Shown piece by piece: positions 1-8,335 of a DNA stretch of 64,000 bases. The DNA lies in assembly GCA_013359125.1 (NCBI GenBank), contig JABWCR010000014.1, forward strand, positions 3,431 to 67,430, written 5' to 3'. The stretch's first letter is position 1. The number at the start of each line of letters is the position of its first letter. This DNA is from Armatimonadota bacterium. Its GTDB lineage: Bacteria; Armatimonadota; Fimbriimonadia; Fimbriimonadales; GBS-DC. The translations under genes and the position numbers were made by a program. The notes beneath the pieces were generated by a model. That model searched no databases, was not told the DNA's origin, and was given only the letters and a program-made list of their open reading frames with translations.

Positions 1-1
1 A

Positions 2-2752
2 GAAATCAATGCCCGAGGCATGCATCTAACCCCCGGGGTCATCGACTGCCATTCGCACACCGCCATCTCGGGCGGCGTCAACGAGGGCACCAACGTCGTT
101 ACGGCGGAAGTTCGCATTCGAGACGTGGTCAACCCGAACGATGTGAACATCTATCGCCAGTTGGCGGGCGGCGTTACCGCGGCGAACCTTTTGCACGGTT
201 CGGCCAACGTGATCGGCGGTCAGAACGCCACGATCAAAATGCGCTGGGGCAAGACGGCCGATGAGATCATGTTCAAAGAGGCACCCGAAGGCATCAAGTT
301 CGCCTTGGGCGAAAACGTCAAGCGGTCGAACTTTAACGAGATCATCTCGACCGGCCAGCAGCCGCGCTATCCCACAACGCGCATGGGCGTCGAGCAGACC
401 GTGCGCGAACGCTTCATGTCTGCGCTCGATTACAAGCGCCAGCAAGAGGAGTTCCGCGCGGGCCGGCGCGCATTCCCTCCCAAGAGGGATCTGCAGCTGG
501 ACGCTATTGTGGAGATATTGGACGGCAAGCGTTTGATCCATTGTCATAGCTACCGACAGGACGAAATCCTGATGCTGATCCGCGTTTGCGACGAGTTCGG
601 CGTCAAGATCAAGACTTTTCAGCATGTGTTGGAAGGTTACAAGGTGGCCGACGAGATGGCCGCTCATGGCGTCGGCGGCTCTACGTTCTCCGACTGGTGG
701 GCGTACAAGGTCGAGGCGTTCGATGCGATCCCGCATAACGGCGCCCTGATGACGGCGCGAGGGGTCAATGTCTCCTTTAACAGCGACAGTTCCGAACTGG
801 CGCGTCGTCTCAATCTGGATGCGGCGAAAGGCGTCAAGTATGGCGGCATGGACGAGCAGGAAGCACTGAAACTGGTAACGCTCAATCCGGCGATTCAGTT
901 GGGCGTCGATAAGTATGTCGGAACGGTCGAACCGGGCAAGCAGGCCGATTTGGCGCTTTGGACCGGGCATCCGCTCGATTCGATGACGCGGTGCGAGATG
1001 ACCTTTGTCGATGGCGTTCGCTACTTCGATCGCACGACCGATTTAGAGTTCCGCAAGAAGTTGGACGAAGAGCGCGAGACCTATTTGAAGCAATTGCGAC
1101 CGTCGCCCTATGGCCAGGCGGCTGCCGCTCAGCCCGAACAGCCAGGCGAATTGCGCTCATCCATTGCAGGGCAGTGGTCCGGCAAGTTGTCTGGAGCCGA
1201 GTTCCTGCCACCGGAAGGCGCGACGCTCAGCATGACGGTTACGGTAGGCGCGGACGGATCGATCACGGGCGTTTCCAAGACCGATATGGGCGATGCTCCG
1301 ATCACGGGCGGAACTTTTAATGCGGCTACGGGCGAGGTCAGCCTAAAGATCGCTGTGCCTGGTTTGTCCGAGGTTACTATGAACGGCCGCGTGCGCGGAC
1401 GAACCATGACCGGCACGATCGCCATCATGGGGCAGACCGTGAACGTCAACCTGACCAAGGACGACGAAGAGAATCAGATTCTTCATGCATCGCACGAAGC
1501 TGAGTTGAAGACCAAAGTCGAGATCAGCCCTCGCTATGATGCCAGCAAAACCAAGACCCTGAAGACGAAAGGTCGAATGCTGATAACAAACGCCGAAATC
1601 CACACCATGGCTGGGCCGGTCATCAAGAACGGCTCGATCCTGATCGAAGACGGCAAGATCGCGGCGATCAATCCTAACCGACCGAATGTCGAAACGGTCT
1701 ACGATGCAAAAGGCAAGCGAGTCTATCCGGGCATGATCGACGGCCTGACGACCCTTGGCATCACCGAAATAGGCTCAATCACTGCCACCAACGATACGTC
1801 GGAAACAGGGCAGTTCAACCCCAATGCGAGGGTCGAGATTGCGCTGAATCCCGATTCGACCGCTATCCCCGTTGCCCGGGCCAATGGGGTTACCACGGCC
1901 ATTGTCGCGCCGTCCGGAGGCATCATTTCCGGTCAAGGCTGTGTGGTCAATCTAGATGGCTGGACGTGGGAAGATCTCTGTTTGAAGGGGCCTATCGGCC
2001 AGTTCGTCAACTTTAACGGCCCTTCCAGCAGCATAACAGGCGCCACGGACAGTCGAAAGAGCGACTTTGAGAACTCGATCAAGCCGTTGGACGAGTTTAT
2101 CGAGAACGCTCGTCGCTATCTGAAGGCTAATGGCGCCAATCGGCCATTGGCGGAGCGCGATCCGAGATTTGAGGCGATGGCGCCTATTTTGGACGGGCGT
2201 TTGCCGCTGTTCTTAAGGCTCAACTCCCCTACCGCCGCTCGCGCCGCTGTACAGTGGGCCGAGAAGCAGAATGTTCGGATAGCCTTTGTCGGCGGCAGCG
2301 AACTTTGGCGGGTGGCCGATTTGCTCAAGGAGCACGATGTTCCGGTCATTCTCTCCAAGACCCATGCGTTGCCAGCGGGCGAGGATCGACCCTACGACGA
2401 GCCCTTTACTATCCCAGCCAAATTGCACCAAGCGGGCGTAGCGTTCTGCTTTAGCACGGGCGCCTCGTCCGATGTGCGGAATCTGCCCTATCAAGCGGCA
2501 ATGGCCGCTTCGTTCGGACTTCCGAAAGAGGTTGCTCTTAGGGCGCTGACCATCGATGCGGCCAAGATTTTCGGTCTCGAAGATCGAATCGGCTCTATCG
2601 AGGTTGGCAAGGATGCGAACCTGTTTATCTGCGACGGCGACCCGCTCGATATTCGCACTAACGTCGTCCAGACGATCATCGAAGGGCGCTTGTGCGACAT
2701 GTCTAACAAGCACACGCAGCTATACGACAAGTACCGATCTCGGCCAAAGTAG
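2..2752 (+). CDS. Amidohydrolase-superfamily protein, tandem two-domain form; 5' end cut by window edge
   Basis: The frame is open from nt 2 (EINARGMHLTPGVIDCHSH), so the ATG at 20 is internal. PGVIDCHSH is the HxH metal motif. Both halves end in the family C-terminal signature (GTVEPGKQADLALW and GSIEVGKDANLFICDGDPL). The second half has GMIDGLTTLG where HxH is expected. Confidence 0.85.
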   Translation, partial: EINARGMHLTPGVIDCHSHTAISGGVNEGTNVVTAEVRIRDVVNPNDVNIYRQLAGGVTAANLLHGSANVIGGQNATIKMRWGKTADEIMFKEAPEGIKFALGENVKRSNFNEIISTGQQPRYPTTRMGVEQTVRERFMSALDYKRQQEEFRAGRRAFPPKRDLQLDAIVEILDGKRLIHCHSYRQDEILMLIRVCDEFGVKIKTFQHVLEGYKVADEMAAHGVGGSTFSDWWAYKVEAFDAIPHNGALMTARGVNVSFNSDSSELARRLNLDAAKGVKYGGMDEQEALKLVTLNPAIQLGVDKYVGTVEPGKQADLALWTGHPLDSMTRCEMTFVDGVRYFDRTTDLEFRKKLDEERETYLKQLRPSPYGQAAAAQPEQPGELRSSIAGQWSGKLSGAEFLPPEGATLSMTVTVGADGSITGVSKTDMGDAPITGGTFNAATGEVSLKIAVPGLSEVTMNGRVRGRTMTGTIAIMGQTVNVNLTKDDEENQILHASHEAELKTKVEISPRYDASKTKTLKTKGRMLITNAEIHTMAGPVIKNGSILIEDGKIAAINPNRPNVETVYDAKGKRVYPGMIDGLTTLGITEIGSITATNDTSETGQFNPNARVEIALNPDSTAIPVARANGVTTAIVAPSGGIISGQGCVVNLDGWTWEDLCLKGPIGQFVNFNGPSSSITGATDSRKSDFENSIKPLDEFIENARRYLKANGANRPLAERDPRFEAMAPILDGRLPLFLRLNSPTAARAAVQWAEKQNVRIAFVGGSELWRVADLLKEHDVPVILSKTHALPAGEDRPYDEPFTIPAKLHQAGVAFCFSTGASSDVRNLPYQAAMAASFGLPKEVALRALTIDAAKIFGLEDRIGSIEVGKDANLFICDGDPLDIRTNVVQTIIEGRLCDMSNKHTQLYDKYRSRPK

Positions 2753-2762
2753 GCTAATCGGG

Positions 2763-2768
2763 TATACT
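2763..2768 (+). promoter_or_regulatory. -10-like box (GGTATACT) about 7 nt upstream of the riboswitch 5' end
   Basis: TATACT is preceded by GG, the same motif seen upstream of several other genes in the window. I found no convincing -35. Confidence 0.4.
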
Positions 2769-2774
2769 ATCGGC

Positions 2775-2925
2775 ACATCGCTTAACGACTCGCCCCAAAA
2801 AGGGCGAAGGACGTCGAGTTTTCGCACCCAGCGAAAAGCGGGGGACCCGGAAGTGGGGTGTAGTCCGCGAAGGCGGACCGAGTAATCTTGGCTCGAACCC
2901 GACAGCTAACCTCGTAGACAGAGCA
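2775..2925 (+). promoter_or_regulatory. c-di-AMP riboswitch (ydaO-yuaA class)
   Basis: The conserved blocks occur in order: AUCGCUUAA, GCGGGGGACCC, GGGGUGUAGUCC and GAACCCGACAGCUAACCUCGUAG. Local hairpins are CGCCCCaaaaaGGGCG and UCCGCgaagGCGGA. It lies in a 237-nt gap 5' of the operon starting at 2990. Confidence 0.75.
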
Positions 2926-2927
2926 AG

Positions 2928-2959
2928 AATCTGGCGGATGCTCACCAGATTTTCTCTTT
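2928..2959 (+). terminator. Possible riboswitch expression-platform hairpin/terminator
   Basis: AATCTGG (2928-2934) pairs with CCAGATT (2945-2951) across a 10-nt loop, followed by TTCTCTTT. The stem is short and AT-rich for this genome, so this is tentative. Confidence 0.35.
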
Positions 2960-2989
2960 GCGCACTGCTCGGCGGCCAAGGAGAACATC

Positions 2990-4468
2990 ATGTGCGGCAT
3001 TGCATGCGCCATACGAAGTTCCGATCCGGCCGAAGTTGCACGAATGTCGGAGAAAATCGCCCATCGCGGCCCTGACGGCGTCGGCCTGCTGGCCGACGCG
3101 GACAATGCCTTGGCTCATCGCCGTCTGGCCATTCTCGATCCCAAAGGAGGCGTGCAACCTTGGGCCACGCCAAGCGGTGGCGTGTTGATCTACAACGGCG
3201 AGATTTACAACCACCTAGGCCTTCGGTCGCAGATGCCTGACCGAACCTTTCAAACCCGGTGCGACACGGAAACCCTGGCCGCAGCGCTCGAGAATTGGGG
3301 CGCAGACGCCGTCGAGAAACTGGACGGTATGTTCGCATTTGTCTATGTCGACGGAGAGCGATACATCGCGGCCAGAGACCCGGTCGGCATCAAACCTCTG
3401 TTTCGAGCGGACCGCAACGGCGCGACCATCTTTGCGAGCGAGTTCAAAGCTTTTGACGATCAATGCACGAACATTGAGGACGTCCCTGCGGGCACCGTCA
3501 TCGATTCTGAAACGGGCGCCAAGCAGTTTTACTTTGTACCGAAGCCCGAGCCGCGCGCGATGTCGATGGAGACAGCGGCGGATGCCGTGCGAAGCATTCT
3601 TTACCGTGCGGTCTCTAAGCGCATGCTTTCGGATGTGCCGGTCGGAGTCTTCTTAAGCGGCGGGCTCGACAGCGCTATTATCGCCGCAATTGCAGTTAGG
3701 CTGAATCCAGACACGATGGCCTTTTCGGTCGGTTTCCACGACAGCCAGGACGCAGGGGCAGCGCAGGAGGTTGCGGCAGCTCTCGGAATGCGCCACTGCC
3801 ACGTTAGCCTGAGCGCGGGCAAATTGGTCGAAATGCTGCCGAAAGTCATTTATCACCTCGAGTCGTTCGATGCGCCGCTCGTTCGCAGCGCCTTGGCCAA
3901 CTATGCCGTTTCCGAGATGGCGCGGGATCACATAAAAGTGGCCCTCACGGGCGAAGGCGCCGATGAACTCTTTGCCGGATACGACTATCTTAGAGAGTTT
4001 TCCGGCGTTGGGCTGGACGAGAAACTCCGGTCGCTGGTTCTGGAGCTTCAGAATACCAATCTGCAGCGAACCGATCGAATGACGATGGCTCACGGGATTG
4101 AGGGGCGCGTGCCGTTTCTCGACAAGGAGATGATTGCGCTCGCGTTCCAACTCCCGGTCGAGCTAAAGCTCTCTCCAGCAGGCGTCAGCAAGGCCGTTCT
4201 GCGCATGGCGTTTCGGGACATGCTGCCAAATTGGGCGGTCAATCGTCCTAAGCAGGAGTTTGGTCGCGGCACCGGTGTGGCCGAAGTGATGGCCAAACAT
4301 GCAGCGATAGCGATCACTGACGATGAGTTTGAGGCTAACAGATTCGTATCGAGCGGGCTACCGTTGCGCGACAAGGAAGAGCTGATTTACTACCGAGTCT
4401 GGCGGAGTTTCTTCCGGCCGGAACTGACCGCTCTGGTCGGTCGAAGCCGCAAAGAGGAGATTGAATGA
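2990..4468 (+). CDS. Asparagine synthase (glutamine-hydrolysing)-like amidotransferase
   Basis: N-terminal MCGI gives the Cys2 nucleophile of a class II GATase. YNGEIYN is present, as is the PP-loop FLSGGLDSAIIAA. An SD (AAGGAGAA) lies upstream. Confidence 0.9.
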   Translation: MCGIACAIRSSDPAEVARMSEKIAHRGPDGVGLLADADNALAHRRLAILDPKGGVQPWATPSGGVLIYNGEIYNHLGLRSQMPDRTFQTRCDTETLAAALENWGADAVEKLDGMFAFVYVDGERYIAARDPVGIKPLFRADRNGATIFASEFKAFDDQCTNIEDVPAGTVIDSETGAKQFYFVPKPEPRAMSMETAADAVRSILYRAVSKRMLSDVPVGVFLSGGLDSAIIAAIAVRLNPDTMAFSVGFHDSQDAGAAQEVAAALGMRHCHVSLSAGKLVEMLPKVIYHLESFDAPLVRSALANYAVSEMARDHIKVALTGEGADELFAGYDYLREFSGVGLDEKLRSLVLELQNTNLQRTDRMTMAHGIEGRVPFLDKEMIALAFQLPVELKLSPAGVSKAVLRMAFRDMLPNWAVNRPKQEFGRGTGVAEVMAKHAAIAITDDEFEANRFVSSGLPLRDKEELIYYRVWRSFFRPELTALVGRSRKEEIE

Positions 4469-5574
4469 GCGACAAACCGAGATTTGCTATCTTGGGGGCC
4501 GGAAACGGCGGCTTAGCCATGGCTGGCCACCTGGCCTTGATGGGCTTCCCCGTCTCGCTTTTCAATCGCAACGAGGCGAGGATCGCGCTCATCCGGCAAA
4601 CAATGGAGATTCAGGTGCTGGCCAATCGCGAATCGGACGATCTTCCGCACGGCAGGGCTTCCATGGACCGTGTAACGTCGAACATGGCCGAAGCGATTCA
4701 CGATGCCGAGATCATCATGGTCGTCGCTCCCGCGACGGCGCACAGATATATGGCCGAAGAGGCTGCTCCGCACTTGCGCGACGGCCAGATCGTTGTGCTC
4801 AATCCGGGGCGAACGGGCGGCGCGCTGGAGTTTCGCCATGTGATCAAGGAAAAAGGATGCACGGCTGACGTTGTCGTGTCGGAGGCTCAAACGTTGTTAT
4901 ACGCCAGCCGAGCGTCCAACCCCGGACAGGTCAACATCTTTAGTATCAAGAACAGCGTGCCGATAGCCGCAATACCGGCCTACCGAACGCCTGAGGTGGT
5001 CAAGAGGCTCTCGGTCGCCTACCCCCAGTTTGTACCCGGCGACAATGCGCTCAAGACCAGCCTGGACAACATCGGCGCGATCTTTCATCCGGCGGTAACT
5101 TTGCTGAACGCAGCGCGAATTGAGACCGGCCGCGGCGATTTTGAGTTCTATATCGAAGGCATCTCGCGAAGCGTGGCCAAGGCGCTGGAGGTGATCGATG
5201 TAGAGCGAGTGAACGTCGGAAAAACCCTTGGTTTCAACTGTATGAGCGCGCGGGATTGGCTCTATGTGGCCTATGGCGCTGCGGGCAAAACCCTCTTCGA
5301 CTCCATCCGCGCTAACGAAGGCTACTATGGCATCAAGGCGCCCACACTGCTCGATCATCGCTATTTGACCGAGGACGTGCCGATGAGCCTGGTGCCCATT
5401 GCATCGTTGGGACGACACATGGACTCGCCATGCCCCACTATCGAAGCCATGATCCACTTAGCCAACGTCATCTTGGGAGTCGATTTCTGGGAAACTGGAC
5501 GCACCGTCGAATCGATGGGGCTGTCTGGCCTAAACTTGCAACAGATTCGCCGCGTCATTCTTGACGGAGAGTGA
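4465..5574 (+). CDS. NAD(P)-dependent opine (octopine/nopaline) dehydrogenase-family protein
   Basis: Has the GAGNGG Rossmann motif (FAILGAGNGGLAMAGHL). Family-typical blocks are DNIGAIFHPAVTLLNAARIE and FYIEGIS. Its start overlaps the upstream stop as ATGA. Confidence 0.85.
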   Translation: MSDKPRFAILGAGNGGLAMAGHLALMGFPVSLFNRNEARIALIRQTMEIQVLANRESDDLPHGRASMDRVTSNMAEAIHDAEIIMVVAPATAHRYMAEEAAPHLRDGQIVVLNPGRTGGALEFRHVIKEKGCTADVVVSEAQTLLYASRASNPGQVNIFSIKNSVPIAAIPAYRTPEVVKRLSVAYPQFVPGDNALKTSLDNIGAIFHPAVTLLNAARIETGRGDFEFYIEGISRSVAKALEVIDVERVNVGKTLGFNCMSARDWLYVAYGAAGKTLFDSIRANEGYYGIKAPTLLDHRYLTEDVPMSLVPIASLGRHMDSPCPTIEAMIHLANVILGVDFWETGRTVESMGLSGLNLQQIRRVILDGE

Positions 5575-5575
5575 G

Positions 5576-7453
5576 ATGAAGCCCCTTTCAGGCCGCGAGG
5601 TTATTGGTTTGTGCCGCCCCTATGTCGATGCTCATACGCTTGGGGTCAGCGCGATCGAGCAGCTCCTTATCGAGTGCGGATACGAGACGGTCATTGCCGA
5701 TGCGGACCTATGCGAAGCGGTCGGAGCGCCGAACGAACCCATTAACGAGGTTAAGATCGAGAATTGGATCAAGACCAACGGAATCAGCCGCTTGGGATTC
5801 AGTTACCGCTTGGACCCTGTTGACGGCGCCCGAGCATTTGGACGACTGAAGGCTGCGCTTGAGCGACGAAACCTCTTTGAAGAGAACGGAGGGCCGATCA
5901 AGGGCCTCTATTTTGCGGGTCTGCCCGAAGCCTGTCGTCGAGTCGAGGCTGAACATCGCGACAGTGTGAGAACCTTTATCGGCGATGAATCCCCCGCAGA
6001 GACTTTAGAAAAGTTTGGCGTCCCCAGCGGCCGCATTCCGTCTGCCCTTGCCAACGAGGCAACGGAGGATGCGGCACGGCTGGCTTTTGGCCAACGGCTC
6101 GTGCGATCCGAAGCCCACCTTAAGATAAAGCCTGTCGACCGGTCCGGCGGACCGAACTTTGGAACAAGGCGAGAGCATCTGCGCGACCGCATCGACCACG
6201 GCATCCAAATGGGCTTCCCGCCTCTGATGCGCGCGCATGTCGGGCCTTATCTTCCCAATCGGGAGGAGGCAGTCAGGCTCTATATCGAGCAGGCAAGGCA
6301 ATTGGCCGAGACCGGCTTCTTGGACGTGCTCTCGATCGGCTCCAGCCAATTGAGCCAAAGCCATTTCGGTCAAGACTGGGGCGATCTTCCCAACGGTGGC
6401 GGCGTGCCTGTCAACTCGCCAGAAGAGTATCGCGCCATCTACGAGGCGGCTCGACCGATGCTTGTGCGCACCTATGCCGGTACGAGAAATGTCGACAAAC
6501 TGGCGCCTGTCTACGAGGAGACGATCAACATCGCCTGGCACGCGCTTTCGTTTTGGTGGTTTTCGACCATCGATGGTCGCGGTCCAAATCCGCCCTTGCT
6601 CAATCTTCAACAGCACATGGCGACGCTGGAGCACATTGCACGGACCGGCAAGCCTTTCGAACCCAACATCCCCCATCATTTTGCGTTTCGGGGCGCGGAC
6701 GATGTCTCTTATGTCGTCTCTGCCATCTTGGCCGCGCGAACGGCTAAGCGCTTGGGCGTGCGCTATTTTGTGCTACAGCACATGCTCAACACGCCTCGTA
6801 GCACATGGGGGTCTCAAGACATTGCCAAAGGTCGGGCCATGCTCGCGTTAGCCCGAGATTTGGAGGACGAGCGGTTTCGCGTATTCTATCAGCCGCGCGC
6901 GGGCCTCGATTTCTTCTCGCCCGGCCTTGACAAGGCCAAGGCGCAGTTGGCTTCTGTCAGCGTTCTGATGGACTTGGTCGAGCCGAACAAACCGCATTCG
7001 CCCGATGCAATCCATGTGGTCAGTTACACCGAGGCCAGCCATTTGGCCGCGCCGCACGAGGTGGACGAGAGCATCCAGATAACGAGGGCGGCGATCGAAG
7101 CGCGCAGAAGGGAGAGATTCCAAGAAGGCGGAGAGTTGGAGCGCGAGGCCCAAGAGCGAACGGAAAAATTGCTGGGGGATGCCCGCAAGCTTCTAGCGAC
7201 GATGGAAGAGGCGATTCCCGATCTCTACTCCGCGAAGGGTCTCTACGATGCTTTCTGGGCGGGGTTCATGCCCGTGCCTTATCTGTGGGAAGGGCGAGAC
7301 GAGTTTGCTCGTGCCGTCAACTGGAAGACGGCCTTGCGAAACGGTTCGGTGATCGTGATCGACGAAAGGGGCCAACCAATTGAAGCAGAGGATCGTGCAA
7401 AGGTCGCAACGGCGAACCTGATTGACAACTATGCCGGCCGCCGTGTAGAATAG
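5576..7453 (+). CDS. B12-binding-like domain (DxHxxG) fused to a large mutase-like C-terminal domain
   Basis: DAHTLG lies in an N-terminal Rossmann-like segment of about 130 aa. The C-terminal 480 aa or so shows only motif-level resemblance to glutamate mutase E-type barrels (from memory). I prefer the ATG at 5576 (GGAGAG SD) over the listed TTG at 5561. Confidence 0.75.
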   Translation: MKPLSGREVIGLCRPYVDAHTLGVSAIEQLLIECGYETVIADADLCEAVGAPNEPINEVKIENWIKTNGISRLGFSYRLDPVDGARAFGRLKAALERRNLFEENGGPIKGLYFAGLPEACRRVEAEHRDSVRTFIGDESPAETLEKFGVPSGRIPSALANEATEDAARLAFGQRLVRSEAHLKIKPVDRSGGPNFGTRREHLRDRIDHGIQMGFPPLMRAHVGPYLPNREEAVRLYIEQARQLAETGFLDVLSIGSSQLSQSHFGQDWGDLPNGGGVPVNSPEEYRAIYEAARPMLVRTYAGTRNVDKLAPVYEETINIAWHALSFWWFSTIDGRGPNPPLLNLQQHMATLEHIARTGKPFEPNIPHHFAFRGADDVSYVVSAILAARTAKRLGVRYFVLQHMLNTPRSTWGSQDIAKGRAMLALARDLEDERFRVFYQPRAGLDFFSPGLDKAKAQLASVSVLMDLVEPNKPHSPDAIHVVSYTEASHLAAPHEVDESIQITRAAIEARRRERFQEGGELEREAQERTEKLLGDARKLLATMEEAIPDLYSAKGLYDAFWAGFMPVPYLWEGRDEFARAVNWKTALRNGSVIVIDERGQPIEAEDRAKVATANLIDNYAGRRVE

Positions 7454-7460
7454 GGCCGAT

Positions 7461-8333
7461 ATGCAGCCATGGATGGTCTCTTTGCACGGAGGACACAGCG
7501 GCGACTATTGTGACCACGCCCAAGGGACCCTCCGAGAAATCATCGAAACGGCGATCCGCATGGGCTTCCACACTTATGGTCTCGCCGAGCATATGCCTCG
7601 CGTCGAGGATCGCTTCATTTACTCGGAAGAACGCTCGATGGGTTGGGATGTCGAACATCTCCACAGGATGTTCGACGCTTATGCCGTCGAGACCCGCGCA
7701 CTGGCCGAGGAGTACGCCGATCGGATCGTCATTCTGAGAGGGTTTGAGGCCGAAGTGATCCCCCAGGACCGCTATCCGGACCTAATCCGACAAACCCTCG
7801 ATCGCTATCAGTTTGACTTTTTTGTCGGCTCGGCGCACTACGTGCGCGAGATCATTATCGATGGGCCGGACGAGCAGTTTGCCCATGCGATCGAGGTATA
7901 CGACGGTCTGGAGAACATGGCTGTGGCGTACTATGAAACGGTGGCCGATCTGATCGAGGCCGTCTCTCCGCCCGTGATCGGCCATTTTGATCTGGTCAAA
8001 AAGCGCGCTCGGCCCCATGGTCCGGTCGACGGTCCTCGCGCAAGGGAAGCGGCCTATCATGCCCTGACGCTGGCCAAACAGCATGACTGCATTCTCGATC
8101 TAAACCTTGCGGGTTGGCGAAAAGGGCTGAACGAACCCTATCCGGCGCCTTGGATAGTCGAAATGGCGCGAGAATTAGGCATCGACTTTTGCTTTGGCGA
8201 CGACAGCCACGGCCCTCATCAAGTGGGCGAGAACATTGAAAAAGGCCGCCTCTATCTGCTCGAACACGGCGTCAAGCACATTCGCGCTCTCAAACCCGGC
8301 GGACAATCCGATGTGATCTCTCTGGAGGCTTAG
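7461..8333 (+). CDS. PHP-family histidinol-phosphatase-like phosphoesterase (HisJ/His2 type)
   Basis: PHP metal ligand blocks are present: HGGHSGDYCDH, GLAEHMPR, GSAHYV, GHFDL and GDDSHG. It lies 7 nt after the upstream stop. Confidence 0.8.
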   Translation: MQPWMVSLHGGHSGDYCDHAQGTLREIIETAIRMGFHTYGLAEHMPRVEDRFIYSEERSMGWDVEHLHRMFDAYAVETRALAEEYADRIVILRGFEAEVIPQDRYPDLIRQTLDRYQFDFFVGSAHYVREIIIDGPDEQFAHAIEVYDGLENMAVAYYETVADLIEAVSPPVIGHFDLVKKRARPHGPVDGPRAREAAYHALTLAKQHDCILDLNLAGWRKGLNEPYPAPWIVEMARELGIDFCFGDDSHGPHQVGENIEKGRLYLLEHGVKHIRALKPGGQSDVISLEA

Positions 8334-8335
8334 AC

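Noticed and set aside
26-970. 314-aa ORF on the minus strand, antisense to the amidohydrolase gene. Similar long antisense or out-of-frame ORFs occur throughout, e.g. 6005-6679, 9293-10090, 16875-17930, 20907-21575, 21125-21949 and 38700-39254.
   Set aside because: They fully overlap genes with clear family motifs. They are Arg/Ala/Pro-rich with no recognisable motifs, as expected for the complementary frames of GC-rich coding DNA.
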